Shown: positions 49,283 to 62,110, counted from the stretch's first letter. The stretch: 64,000 bases of DNA from Botryllus schlosseri (GCA_051294905.1 CM119371.1:7008001-7072000), one strand, 5' to 3'. Notes: generated by a model not told the origin, from the sequence alone. Made by a program: numbers and translations.

Positions 49283-51280
49283 GCATAGGCGCTTGACGTT
49301 GATTTTCCTTAGGTGTAGTATGCGGGTTGCATGACGTCACAAAGAAATAACGTCATAATGCGACAGAATTGATAATTAGGGTTAGTATAGCATCGATTCA
49401 TTATGGTAAAGTGCATGTGTAAATGCCGATCATAAAATCTCCTCGTGATGACGAACTTAGTGGTTTGATAAGCTTGTCAACGAGTCCGGAAGTGCTGTCA
49501 ATTAACGAGTCTCTGATCTCTCACGAACAATTGAATACGGCGCTTATAAAAGTGTATTACGTAACCTCGGTAACGATTTGCGCAAGTCAAAATGTCAGAG
49601 TTGTTACGGAATCTGCTCTATAATGGCACCGCGATTTCAGGCGGTTCAAACCGTTCTCGTCATCTACTACTCAAGCCTCCACACACAACTTCTGATGGTT
49701 ATGTTCAAGTATTAGCGGGATTCAATGATTCAATAATCGCACATGTCTGTGGACATTCGATGTCATTCAGTTTTGCGATATCACTCTCTAATCACAATCG
49801 CTAATCAGCCTATTCTTAACGGCATTGTCACCAAGCCATCGAGAGATAGCAACCAACGCATGCTAGGCCCGAGATGCGATAGTTGGCGAGCGGTGATATC
49901 TTACGTACCAGGCCCATTGCACATGAGTTTGTGTAGGTCAGCGATGCAATCGTGCTCACCAAGCCAATGCAAATGTGACAGTGCAGGCAAGCGATGGCAT
50001 TGTGCCCACCGGGCCTATTGCAGATGCGATTCTTCAAGCCAGTGGAACTATAGTGATATTGGAGACGCAAAAAATCGGGCCAGCGATGATTGCCGAGCGC
50101 ACGACAATCAAAGACCTAATTCCGAGCGATTCGTTCTAAACAGTACAGTAGGCAATCAATCATTTATTTGTCACACCAGTGAAAATCCGGTATTTATGCT
50201 GATACATGCCAAGCGGAATTCTAGGTATGCCGCATGCCTGAAAAAATGCCTAGGTATGCGTGGCATGCCTTGCATAGAATGCATACCCAGGTTTGGCGCC
50301 TATGGCCTTCTGTCGCGTCCTCTAACTACTCGCGTTCGAGCAATGCATTGCTGCTGATTTGCTCACGTGAGCAGCAGCATTACAAAATACATTGCTTAAT
50401 TCTAAATCGCACAATTTGTCAGTTACATGCGCAACGAAATTCTGGGTATGCTGCATACCCAACAAGATTGCTAGTTATGCGTGGCATGATATCTGAGTTG
50501 AGCGCCTATTATGCATGATACGGGCGAATCCTCACGCTCTTAAAATACATATCTCCTGGGATGTGGCAAAACCAACCCAACTGTCTGTACCGTCAGCGTA
50601 TGTAGAATTCCAGGTTTCGAGAGTGTATTTAGTACAGATTTTTACAACCACTTACATGACTCATATCGACCATATCGATATTAAGTAAGGTGCTAAATAT
50701 ATGATGGGGAACATCAAATAGAATTGTCGGCAGTATTACGCACTGCCTTACAAGTAATAAAGTATATTTCTCCCAAATTACTGGTTACTATTGCTAGTAC
50801 ATTCATCAAATGATACGGATCCACCGAAGAGTAGTTTAAACATGACAGAATTTGAAAAATTGAACGTAAAGTTGTGCCGATTTGAAACAAAAGTAAATGC
50901 ACAATCGTCAAGGCAATTATGATGGATATAGCTAGATGAATTGAAAATTGTAATTGTCATCCTCTTTGTTTTTATTCATATCTCAGCTGCAGACTTGTAC
51001 AAACTACTAATTTAGTTGGTTCATGGCCAAGAGTATTTCCATTTGCAAATTTTTGAGGCGTGTAGTTTGGCGTGAATAGTGATACTGGTGTTCTGTTATG
51101 TGACGTTCTCGCAGCTATTGCTAGCTCGAATTCAACACTGCTAACCAGGGCGTAGTTAGGGAGTGGGTTTTTGGGGTCGAAAATTGTCCCATTTCGAACT
51201 CTAAACCTCGTTCTTTTCAAACACAGATTCTGTCTCCAACTCAGAGTAATTGGTGATGTGCTGCACTTGCTGAGTGCAGT

Positions 51281-52909
51281 CTATCTCTTCACAAATATGG
51301 ATCTGTAAATTTGAAAACATTGGTCTGCTTTTGGTTTCACTATAGTCCATTTGCCTTGCGATGTATCATACTTTTCAATTGGATTAGGGGTTTTGAATTC
51401 TGCTACTGCAAAAATCCAATTGCCAATGTGATATGCAGAAACTCGACCATGACAATCATTCATAGAAGATAATGAAGTCCATTGAGATGACGTAACATCG
51501 TAACATTCTACGTTTTCGAGCTGGCGCCCTCCACTCACCCCACCGATCACAAATATCTTTTGATCAGCTGCAACAGCGCCACTTCCCCAAACAGAATATT
51601 TTATTGGTTCGAGATCAACCCACTCTGATGAGGATGGAGTGTATCTGCAGAATGAAGAAACTATGACACCATCTCGTCCTTCACCTCCGATACAATAGAT
51701 TGAATCATTCAATGATACGAGACTTGCATCAGATATTGCGGTAGGTTTATCTTCTAGTTGAATCCATTGATTCACGAGGGAAGTAAATATTTCCACATCA
51801 CTCGTTGCTTTAGGACCGCTTCCTCCAACGACAAATATCGATCCCGACAAAGAAATTGCACATGGATACTGTCCATGGTCACAAAGCATATCTTTCATCC
51901 TTTCCCATTTTGATTTTTGCCTCTGAAAATTGAGTCGGTAAACTGATTTCCCCTGGCATAAAATGTAGATATACGAGTCCAGAGAAATCGCCGAGAATTG
52001 TTTCAAATTCCTAATTTTCTCATCATGAAACTTCTCTACTTTCTCAGTTACTGGATGGAAGGATCGGATCAAATCTGCGTTATCATCAAAAAGAATTAAC
52101 AATTCATCTTTGCCAATTTCGTCGTGTATTTTGTGCGTTGCTTTTAAAGTTTTCAAAAGATGTCCATTGATCAGCTTGTACAGTTCTAAGTCATTGCTGA
52201 TAATTTGGTTTGACTCCATAAGATGTTCTAAAAATGACGGTGAGACTTCATCAAACTTGATTGCTTCGAGACACATTTGCAAATGTTCCTGATTTTTTTG
52301 ATTTTTTTCAACCCAATTAAACAATAATCCTAATTTTTCTTCTCCACATAACTTCGATTTTTCTGACTTCACATAATTGAGGATGTTAGTTTTTTCAGTA
52401 TTTCCAAATTCAGGTTGGTTTGATAGTTCCATGATATTTTCATGAAAAAATGCTCCACATCGGGTAGAGACGGCATCCAGTCCATACATATCGGCGACAT
52501 TTCTTGTGGAAAAGTAATTCTCTACAGTAAGTGATTCCTCCAAAACGTCAGATACTGCCTGTTTCACGTCTTCCAACTGCATCATGATTGCGACATGAAG
52601 AAGATCGTTCATCTTTTCATCAGGAATCTCAAATTTGCCCGAATATATGAAATCGATGCAGTTTTTCACACATTGAGAATCGACCTCTTTCAAAACGACT
52701 TTTCCTTCGCGACTCTCTTTAGTGTCGTGCTTTAACATAGCTTTGAAATAAGCACAACCAGCCGACAATACATTTTTGTGCGTGTAATAGACATCATCTC
52801 CTACTTGAATTATGAAATCACAATGATCGTTTTCTTGCTTCATTCGATGTAATTCTTCCATCATCTTCACTGAATGTTTCTCTACATGTGGACACACAAT
52901 CTGCACCAT
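51281..52909 (-). CDS. BTB-BACK-Kelch (KLHL-like) protein, copy 4, 542 aa, intronless CDS
   Basis: Intact ORF from ATG 52909 with the same domain motifs as copy 2. Confidence 0.95.
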   Translation of the reverse strand: MVQIVCPHVEKHSVKMMEELHRMKQENDHCDFIIQVGDDVYYTHKNVLSAGCAYFKAMLKHDTKESREGKVVLKEVDSQCVKNCIDFIYSGKFEIPDEKMNDLLHVAIMMQLEDVKQAVSDVLEESLTVENYFSTRNVADMYGLDAVSTRCGAFFHENIMELSNQPEFGNTEKTNILNYVKSEKSKLCGEEKLGLLFNWVEKNQKNQEHLQMCLEAIKFDEVSPSFLEHLMESNQIISNDLELYKLINGHLLKTLKATHKIHDEIGKDELLILFDDNADLIRSFHPVTEKVEKFHDEKIRNLKQFSAISLDSYIYILCQGKSVYRLNFQRQKSKWERMKDMLCDHGQYPCAISLSGSIFVVGGSGPKATSDVEIFTSLVNQWIQLEDKPTAISDASLVSLNDSIYCIGGEGRDGVIVSSFCRYTPSSSEWVDLEPIKYSVWGSGAVAADQKIFVIGGVSGGRQLENVECYDVTSSQWTSLSSMNDCHGRVSAYHIGNWIFAVAEFKTPNPIEKYDTSQGKWTIVKPKADQCFQIYRSIFVKR

Positions 52910-53857
52910 GATTGTCAATCATCCACAATAGGCTATATAGAATAATCCTATGATTATTATGATATAGTTAAGCACTGTTATTGAAGTAAAGATGATTAGT
53001 AGGGCGATTTTGTAACATGTCAAAATTGAAGCGTTAGGTTAAAAATTGTCAAAATTGTTCACAAAGTCAAAATTTTTTTGACCTCTGCATTTCGTTTGTA
53101 TCGTAGATTTTGCACTGTCGGTGAACTTATCATCTGGTATTTTACAGCTTGTAGCCTATTTTATAGGCCTACCGTTGTAGACGGCGCATTGTCTGCTCAT
53201 TGTGAATCTTAAACCGTTACAAGCACACTGCACACACACTCTTACTACTATTAAACATTGGTCACTAAAGAAATTTAGGAAGTAGTCAAATAGCATAATT
53301 TTGTCTTGTCTACAACCATTTATTCAAGATTTCATGGACTAGGACTCGCAGTCGTTCATAATCATTTCTTCAACCCAAGCCGCTGAGCTACACTACAAAT
53401 ATTTTTAATTTTGTCCAGTGGGAAGCAGCAAAATCAATTTTACAATTTAACTAAACCAGTCAATGTATAATTCCAAAAATTGAATCAATTTGTGACTGCA
53501 TCGGGAAGATGCATATTGCGATTTTCTTCCTCTATGCAACTGAATTGCAATTTACAAATGATGCCCAATTTTATCAATATTGTTACTAATAACAGGGATT
53601 GATGGTACATAAAAATCCTATTTTAGTTATTATTAGTAATTTCAAGATACTTTTGAAAGCAATAGTTTTCATAATAAAGAAGTTGTCACTCAAACTCTCA
53701 TAGATTTTGCGTTTTACTGAGCCTCCATCGTTCTATCATTAATAAATTGCCCGCAAACAAAGTGATCGGAGCTCGCAAACTAGTAGTATAGTAACCTAAT
53801 GGCACATTATATATCCCTTTTTTATAGAATGCTCATGGTGGTCGGTACCCGTCTTAT

Positions 53858-54585
53858 AGGGACACTGCGCTTTAAACATAATGCGGTCTCAAATTGCAGG
53901 GCAAAACAAAAAATTAATTTTGGTCACAGCTATTTCCTTCAGAACGCCACCGTAATGGAGCTGCAATGTATTGAAATTTCCATAGGACCTTCACGCTGCA
54001 GCTGGCGCGGCTACGCGTCACTTCTTTACCCGTTACATGACGCGATGTCTTCACCGGTGCACTTGCTCGACGCGATTAGGCAGTCACGCAGAAAATGAAC
54101 CTTATATAGTTGTCAATCGATGTTATGAAGGAAATATGTCTTACACGCCAAGGTGGTTTAGATACGACTTTCAACAGATGACGTTCAGTTCATTCAGATT
54201 TATGTCGAAATTGGGTCGAATGTATTATATTTCTTGAGGACAGAAACAGAACATGTCCTATTCTTACGTATAAAACATGATCATCACTAATCAGTGTGAT
54301 GGTGATGTGATCTGGTGGCGGGCTGACAACTATCTAAAGTTCCTTCTTTAAGTGATTGCCTAATCTTGTCGAGCAAGTGCAAAGGTGAAGATGTCGCGCC
54401 ATAAATTTTGTCAACGGCTTAAGAAACGATGTCGCGCTTCCGCGACAGCTGGAGCGTGAAGGTCCCGTGGAAATTTAAATATATTGCAGCTCCATTACGG
54501 AAGCGTTCTAAAGAAAATGGCTGCCACCAAATTTTTTTTCGTTTCACCCTTAAATTTCAGAGCATTTTTAGAGCGCAGTGCCCCT
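53858..54585. mobile_element. Kolobok-like MITE with ~260-bp TIRs
   Basis: TTAT|AGGGACACTGCGC ... GCGCAGTGCCCCT|TTAA, with long inverted arms. Confidence 0.75.
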
Positions 54586-56109
54586 TTAATCAAACCCAGT
54601 GTATGATTTGAATTGGTTTATAATCAGGTTAATAAGTTTATTTTACTCGTCAACCATAGGCGGTGGCTTAATTTGCATCTCACAGATGCGTACGAAGCCA
54701 TTTTCGCATGTGTCTTCAACTCTGTATACGTCCCTCTATTCCAAATAAATGGCAGATTTCATGACTGGACTTGACTCGAGTCACCTTTGAAAATCGATTG
54801 ATTTGACTTGACTGAATTCAAAATGCGCAATGACTCGAGATGACTCGTGACCCGAAGGTAGTGATTTGATCCCAAACACTGATCACACTTAGCAAGAGAG
54901 GTGACCCATTTATGGATGTTACGTCACAATTCCCTTGTCATCCATACAGGTAATTGTTTCAACTCATAGCGGGTTGCGAGTTGAGCATGGGGCGTCAATA
55001 TCATTTACGAGCGGCAAAGTGAAATTTTACGATTCTTGTGGACCTCGACTTGAACAACTAGCCAAACAGTATTTTCCAAAGTAGATTAAAATTGGAAAGA
55101 TAGTTACACTTTTTTTCCAAATTATATCAGAATTGCTGAGTTAACGAAAACTTAGACATCGAATCAGGTTCGGTTCATAGCAAACCATCGTTCCAAGCAC
55201 GAGAAAGGCAAATGTCTGTACCGCAAGATTGGCTCATTACGAACAATACAGTTTTTCTGTAGCAGTTACAGGAAACCGGAAATTAGATTTGAATTAAAAT
55301 TAGAGCATAGAAACATTTCCTAAATAACATTGGAATCCGAGCAAAGAAATATTTCACAAATTAGATTAGAACTAGATTACCGGCATTTCGCTCAAATTAG
55401 TCATATTAGACAACTAGAATTATGTAGTTGTCCAAGTCTGTCTGGACCGTATCGGCCTTTTTGGGACAATTGTTTGATTTGGCGCCCAACTTGGATTGTT
55501 ATTTGGGGCACGCAGTGCGCTTCACCCGGTCACTAGATGTCGACAAAGTGAAAGCGGCTCTTTTCGTAATGAGTTCTCCCTCGACAAATTTGAAATTTTG
55601 TCGGTGTCTGTTTCTGTCGTCGTGACAACCTGTGATCCAGGGAGGTGGTCTGTGGTTTGAATTTCACGAATTCTTCGTTTGATTGCCTGCATCAAAACGC
55701 CACATTCGTACTCCCCTGAAATTTCGCCACGTCCTCCTCAATCTGCAAAAGATATTAAGGGGTTAGTCAATACCAGCATCGGAGTCACAGTATTTTAAGG
55801 TATTCTGGAGGTCCCGAGATTTCCATAAAGTATCTATCAGAGCGAAAGCAGCGCTTACTTCGCTTCTAAAGCAGCGTTACAATATCAGATGACTGTTTTG
55901 TACACTTTACAATGCTGTGATAATAATACTAACTATTGCAGTGGTTCCCAATCGGGGAGGAATTCCCCCCTAGAGGGGAATTTTGAAACATTTAGGAGGG
56001 AATCTGACTTTAGGGTTGCATCGGAAGATAACCCGGGGTTCACAAGGTTTTTTTTACTGCTATTGTAGAACTGTTAAGCATGAAATTGGTTCTTTACAAT
56101 TTTATATAT

Positions 56110-56398
56110 TAGGGATGGTGTCAGCCAATGGAAAGGTTCCGGTTCATGTAAAGACAAACATTTTTGAAAGGTTCTGTGTGTGCTAATTCCAACCCTACAT
56201 TTCAGTGAAGTGATAGCCTATAATAATGTACATGATACCTGGCTACAACTCGGACCACATATTGCCACAATGCTGAAGTACATATTGACGTTTTACACGT
56301 CGCCAAATGTATCAACCGGGGCAATCAAATGATATAATAATGCCGTCGCTTTGCCAACAATTTCGGCGAGGACTGCAAGGAAATATAAGCTTACGCCA
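56110..56398. mobile_element. Fragment of a TAGGGATG-terminated hAT-like MITE
   Basis: Colinear with 29064-29375 joined to 30977-30996 inside the foldback element. Confidence 0.6.
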
Positions 56399-56726
56399 GA
56401 GGTTGGCACCCCCCCCCCCCCCCGGCGCCATTTGTGCGCCTGCTATATTATTTACATCAGACAACGACATCAATTTCATTGATTGGTTGATTAAGCATCA
56501 TTCGTTGACTACTTGCATGTAGTTTATTTCGCTCTTAATGTTGTTACCAAATATGGTAAAATGGCAACCCTATTGGAAAAGCAATACTTTTACCCGTACT
56601 GGAGTGAACTTTGCATTGCTACTTTTACTAGGAGTATCTTTTTCGACCACTTCTGATCATGCATACGGGCTCATGCAATCGCAGATAGTTATTCCTATTT
56701 TTAGTAACTTTTCCGGGACAGCTAGG

Positions 56727-56976
56727 AGATAGAGAGAGATATGATATTCTTTTTCGCCTATACCATCGATATGCTTTGACGACGGTGATGCGATACGGCC
56801 GTGAGGTCATCTAGTCTGCGCCCCTATTTTTTTCCTTCTCCATGCTATCCGTGATTGCTGAGCGCCTAGCAGCGGAAACCAATTTTCGAGTCCTTGGTAT
56901 GACCCGGCCGGGGGTCAAACCCACGACTTACCGACCGAGAAGCCGGACACATAACCATTACACTATCTCGCTCGGT
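56727..56976 (-). mobile_element. tRNA-derived SINE
   Basis: Reverse complement of the SINE at 23052-24552, with A/B-box-like motifs and a (CT)n tail. Confidence 0.8.
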
Positions 56977-57206
56977 GGACTTTTCCTCCATCCAAATTTA
57001 CTGGTATTGGTGTGCAATATTTATTTCATGATTTCTTTGTCAGCTCGGAATGGGTAAATAGATTAAAATTGTAATTATAGCAACAGCTTTGTCCCAATTA
57101 GATTAGATCACCGAATTCGCGCAAACTTGTTTATTGAATCAACTTCCATTAATAGGCCTATAAAATCATGGTTCATTCTTATGAGTATGACTTGATTAGG
57201 CTATAG

Positions 57207-58723
57207 CAGTGGTTCTTAACCTAGCCCCCAGCGCCCCCTAGGGGGCGCTGGTGATTTTGAAGGGGGGCGGAAACGCTCAGGGGGCGATATGGGGGGCGCT
57301 GGGCTCAGGGGGGCGCTGGAGAAAAATGGCTTCGCAGTAGATGATGTGGTGATAGGACATATCCTTAATGAGTATTCAGAGCAAATTAACACCGAAAACT
57401 TTGTTACATATAGCCTTCAAAATACATATAGGTTTAATTGTCAATGGGCGCCTAAATGACTGACACCGAATGTTCCTGTCTTGGCAATATGAACCCCAGA
57501 AGACGAATTCCATCTGGCAGGGAAAAATTATATGTCAGTGAAGAAATACCAATCTGAAATCGTGTGCGTCTTTTAGTTTAGTACGATTGGGCGATAGGGA
57601 TATTCCGGTTGGGCGATATCCCCGTTGAGCGATTCTATATTTTTTGATATTGCAGACAGGGGGTCACGAAATAACATCATGCAACGAAGTCATACCAACG
57701 GGTTCGCCCGCCCGAATATGTTTAATTATTAGTAACGGGCCCTGCAGTTTCCAAGAAACCTCACAATGTTCGCTTTAAGTTTTGATGAGTCTGCGGCCTG
57801 CGCACACTTGACAACAGTGCGTAACGACTAAAAAAGGTAATAACTTCGGATTTGTTGTGCGCAACATAGATTTTCTGTGCGCAGAGACCGTGTCAGCACT
57901 GCGCACGTGCGCAGCTTAGAGGGAACATTGCACCTCACTCAGCTCTACCGGTAAATGTGTTTACGTGAGCAGAGAGAGGATAAAAATTAATCTCAATTTA
58001 CATGCAATTCCCGCTGATATTGACCAATTCAATCATTAATTAGTGAAATTTTTCGCGCTTCGCGCGACTAGGCGAGAATAGCTGCCTCAGTAAATGGACA
58101 CCCAATGCAGATACCTAATAGGCTATCAGCAAATAGCGGACAGCCTAATGGGGGTATCGGAGTGAAGTCCCCCGGAAGTTTGGTTCATCACCCGATGGGG
58201 TCCCAGGACCAACGTTATTTTTTTTTGGGGGGGGGGGGGCTGACGAAGTTCTGTTACGGCCCTGATAACCAATAATTGTACCTGCGGGCACGCCCGAATA
58301 TGTTTAATTAATAATTACGTGCCCTTTATTTTCCTATACAACAACTCACTCAGTGCTACTGGTAAATCTGATTACGTGAGCTGAGAGGATAAAAAGTTTG
58401 TAGCGACTTATATATGTAATAACCATCTATTCATTCATGCATTATAGAAAATTTTGGTACCTAGGGCGACCAGGCCACACAAACTTTGCTGACCATCGAA
58501 ATCACGATATGGGGTTCGTGGGGGCGAAGCCCTCAGAAGTTCGGTTTATCACGCTATGGGTGCGCAAGGCAATCGTTTATAGGGGGGTTGACGAAGTGCT
58601 GTTACGGCCCTCCCTCTTACTCATTGTCTTTATTACATTCCTTACAATATGAAGTTGGGGGGGCGCTGGAGCACGATAATTTTTGAAAGGGGGCGCTGGA
58701 GGAAAAAAGGTTAAGAACCGCTG
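57207..58723. mobile_element. Non-autonomous hAT element (GGGGGCGC subrepeats)
   Basis: CAGTGGTTCTTAACC / GGTTAAGAACCGCTG termini. TSD GGCTATAG at 57199-57206 and 58724-58731. Confidence 0.92.
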
Positions 58724-60484
58724 GGCTATAGCATGCTGCATGAGAATAGCAAATGTCTGTAGAGCAAGCTTGGCTCGTTTCACACTTCCTACAGTTTTCC
58801 TGTTAGCATTTGCATTAGCATTTTACAAATTATACAAGAATTAGATTATTACTGGTAACAGCATTTAGGAAGATTTGTTTGGTTATCAGACTCTACCTTG
58901 TACCCAATGTTACATCAACGATGTAATTACCCATCCAACAGTTCAATCATGGTGATCACTAACGAGTACAGAGGCGTGCTTGAATGAATGCTTTTAGACG
59001 GGATTTTCAGAACATGCAGTTGGGCGGGGTAGTCATCAGCTATACTTCAATTGTTCTATTAGCAACCATTCACGGTTCAATCAGTTCCTACAGACTGGGA
59101 TAATAGCTTCGGCGTTGGAGCAAATTGAAAACTGATACCATTACGTTAACTTCACTAATCAATTCTTAGAAACTTCTGTCTGTTGGGAATAGAATGTCGC
59201 CGTCCATCCTAATTGTGACTTGAAAATACGCAGCCGGATGAAACTCACCTTGAATGAGAATTGGTAAATTCCCTGAAAGTTGCAACTTGCTTGACTCTGA
59301 TCGAAAGAAAATCCTTGCCTGAAAAATACATTGGGTTAGAAACGATTCAAATTTGAACTTTACAGTAACCCAATGTGTTCAGACTTGTTGTTATAGATAT
59401 AAATATGATGGTTACTGGTGTTTGAGTTCAGTTTATTGTGAATAATTTTATCATCTCAAAACACCCCACCATAGCATTGATGGCAGATATTCGAATTCGA
59501 AATCATTGATTTTACAAAAAAGATGAATTCAGAATTACTCACTTTTATCTCCTTGACAGAATTGTCAGACATTGATGCATGTCAGATTCCAACTGATTGA
59601 CATCGGTTGAGATTGTCATGCAAACTTCTTTTATTACCAAAGCCATTTCACATCCGACGAACAGACCGTTAAATGATATGTTATCCTATACGATGACAAT
59701 ATGATTGCAACCCACTGTAACAAATTGAAGACAGGTTATGAAAAGTAAAATCAATGAATCGATATACACCAAAGGTTGCTCAAGCCTGGCCATCGTACCG
59801 GCAGATGTGATGTATAGTTGCCGATAGCCCCTCATATAAACATAATCGAATTGTTAGTTTTGAGTAAAAATCAGGCATCTTGATCATGGATAGCGAAAAA
59901 ATGACACTCTTTTATTTGACACACCCAAATACATCAAAAACAATAAAAATAACAAGATAAACAAAAATTTCATCCGATTTTATTTCGTACGTAATCATTG
60001 TTTATCCACGATTCTCATAAAATAAGATAGGCATATAAACTTGTAATTTGTCACCTAAGCTCAATTTACAACACATACTGTTGTGAGCATGCCTTTTGAA
60101 GAGCGAATAACTTGAGCAAAGATTGTCTGCGACTCAAAAAAGAAATAGATCACCCACACTCATTTGATGTGGGTTATTTCATACAGAATCATGGTATGTG
60201 TACAAGTCATACCGCCTGGCGCCTACAGTAATCAGTATGTTCCTAACTACTGATATCGGCGATATAACCATTGTGCAATGCATAGTCAAAGTTATCAAAA
60301 TCATCAACCATATCTATACTGAATAAGGAACTAAATACACAATGGACAGTATCAACTAGGATTTCTGGCAGGATTATACACTGTACTTCAAGTAATGAAG
60401 TATATTTCCACAAAATTACTGGACACTATATACCCAGCGTCACCAACACGTGGCCCTGTACAAGTCTGCTCAGGTGAGTGCAAT

Positions 60485-62110
60485 CTATCTCTTCACAAAT
60501 ATGGATCTGTAAAATCGAAAACGTTGATCCACTTTTGGTGTCACTTTAGTCCATTTGTTTTGCGATATATCATACTTTTCAATTGAATTAGAGGTTTCTC
60601 CATCTGTTACTGCAAAAATCCACTTGTCAATGTGATACGCAGAAACTCGACCATGAAAAGTATTCATAGAAGATAATGAAGTCCACTGAGCTGAAGTAGC
60701 ATCGTAACATTCTACTTTTTCGACTTTCTTTCCTCCACTCGCCCCACCGATTACGAATATCTTTTGATCAACTGCAACGACACCACTCTGCCACACAGTA
60801 TATCTCACTGGTTCGAGATCAACCCACTCTGATGAGGATGGAGTGAATCTGCAGAATGATGAAACTTCTACACCATCTTGTCCTTCACCTCCAATACAAT
60901 AGATGGAATCATTCAATGATACGAGACTTGTTAAACGAATCGCTGTAGGTTTGTCGTTTAGTTGAATCCATTGATTAACAAGGGAAGTAAACATTTCCAC
61001 ATCACTTGTTGCTTCATTGCTTCCCCCAACAACAAATATCGATCCCGACAAAGTAACCGAGCGAGGATGCCATCCATGACAACAAATCATATCTTTCATC
61101 TTTTCCCATTTTGAATTTTTTCTCTGAATATTGATTCGATGAACTGATTTATTCTTACATAAAATGTAGATATACGAGTCTAAAGAAATCGCTGAAAAAT
61201 TTTTTAAACTCTGAAACGTCTCGTCATGAAACTTCTCTACTTTCTCAGTTACTGGATTGAAGGATTTGATACAATCTGCGTTATCATCGAAAAGAATTAT
61301 CAAATCATCTTTGCAGATTTCTTCGTTTCTTTCTTGTGACGTTTTTGAAGCTTTTAAAAGATGTCCATTGATCAATTTGTACAGTTCTAAGTCGTTACTG
61401 ATGATTAGGTTTGATTCCAAAAGACGTTCTAAAAATGATGGAGGGACTTTATCAAACTTAATTACTTCAAGACATCCATGCAAATGTTCCTGATTTTTTT
61501 GATTTTTCTCGGCCCAATTGAACAATAGCGTAAGTTTTTTTTCTTCGCATAACTTTGATTTTTCCGACTTCACAAAATTGAGGATGTCATTTTTCTCAAT
61601 ATTTCCGAATTCAGATTGGTTTGATATTTCCATGATATTTTCATGAACAAATGCTCCCAATCGCGTAGAGACGGCATACAGTCCATACATATCGGCGACA
61701 GCTCTTGTGGAAAAGTAATTACCTACAGTAAGTGATTCCTCCAAAACGTCAGATACTGCCTGTTTCACATCTTCCAGCTGCATCATGATTGCGACATGAA
61801 GAAGATCATTCATCTTTTCATCAGGAATCTCAAATTTTCCCGAATATATGAAATCGATGCAGTTTTTCACACATTGAGAATCGACCTCTTTCAAAACGAC
61901 TTTTCCTTCACGACTCTCTTTGGTGTCGTGCTTTAACATGGCTTTGAAATAAGCACAACCAGCCGACAGTACATTTTTGTGAGTGTAATAGACATCATCT
62001 CCTACTTGAATTATGAAATCACAGTGATCGTTTTCTTGCTTCATTCGATGTAATTCTTCCATCATCTTCACTGAATGTTTCTCTACATTTGGACACACAA
62101 TCTGCACCAT
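60485..62110 (-). CDS. BTB-BACK-Kelch (KLHL-like) protein, copy 5, 541 aa, intronless CDS
   Basis: Intact ORF from ATG 62110, with a one-codon deletion in a kelch loop (GGS-NEATSD). Confidence 0.95.
   Translation of the reverse strand: MVQIVCPNVEKHSVKMMEELHRMKQENDHCDFIIQVGDDVYYTHKNVLSAGCAYFKAMLKHDTKESREGKVVLKEVDSQCVKNCIDFIYSGKFEIPDEKMNDLLHVAIMMQLEDVKQAVSDVLEESLTVGNYFSTRAVADMYGLYAVSTRLGAFVHENIMEISNQSEFGNIEKNDILNFVKSEKSKLCEEKKLTLLFNWAEKNQKNQEHLHGCLEVIKFDKVPPSFLERLLESNLIISNDLELYKLINGHLLKASKTSQERNEEICKDDLIILFDDNADCIKSFNPVTEKVEKFHDETFQSLKNFSAISLDSYIYILCKNKSVHRINIQRKNSKWEKMKDMICCHGWHPRSVTLSGSIFVVGGSNEATSDVEMFTSLVNQWIQLNDKPTAIRLTSLVSLNDSIYCIGGEGQDGVEVSSFCRFTPSSSEWVDLEPVRYTVWQSGVVAVDQKIFVIGGASGGKKVEKVECYDATSAQWTSLSSMNTFHGRVSAYHIDKWIFAVTDGETSNSIEKYDISQNKWTKVTPKVDQRFRFYRSIFVKR

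Noticed and set aside
49743..50357. 204-aa plus-strand ORF
   Set aside because: No recognisable domain, composition typical of random ORFs, and it lies in TE-like DNA.
60470..60484. Plus-strand CAG|GTGAGT donor just beyond the kelch stop (also ~26054-26062), suggesting an antisense gene
   Set aside because: Not conserved in copies 2 and 4, and no supporting plus-strand exon structure was seen.
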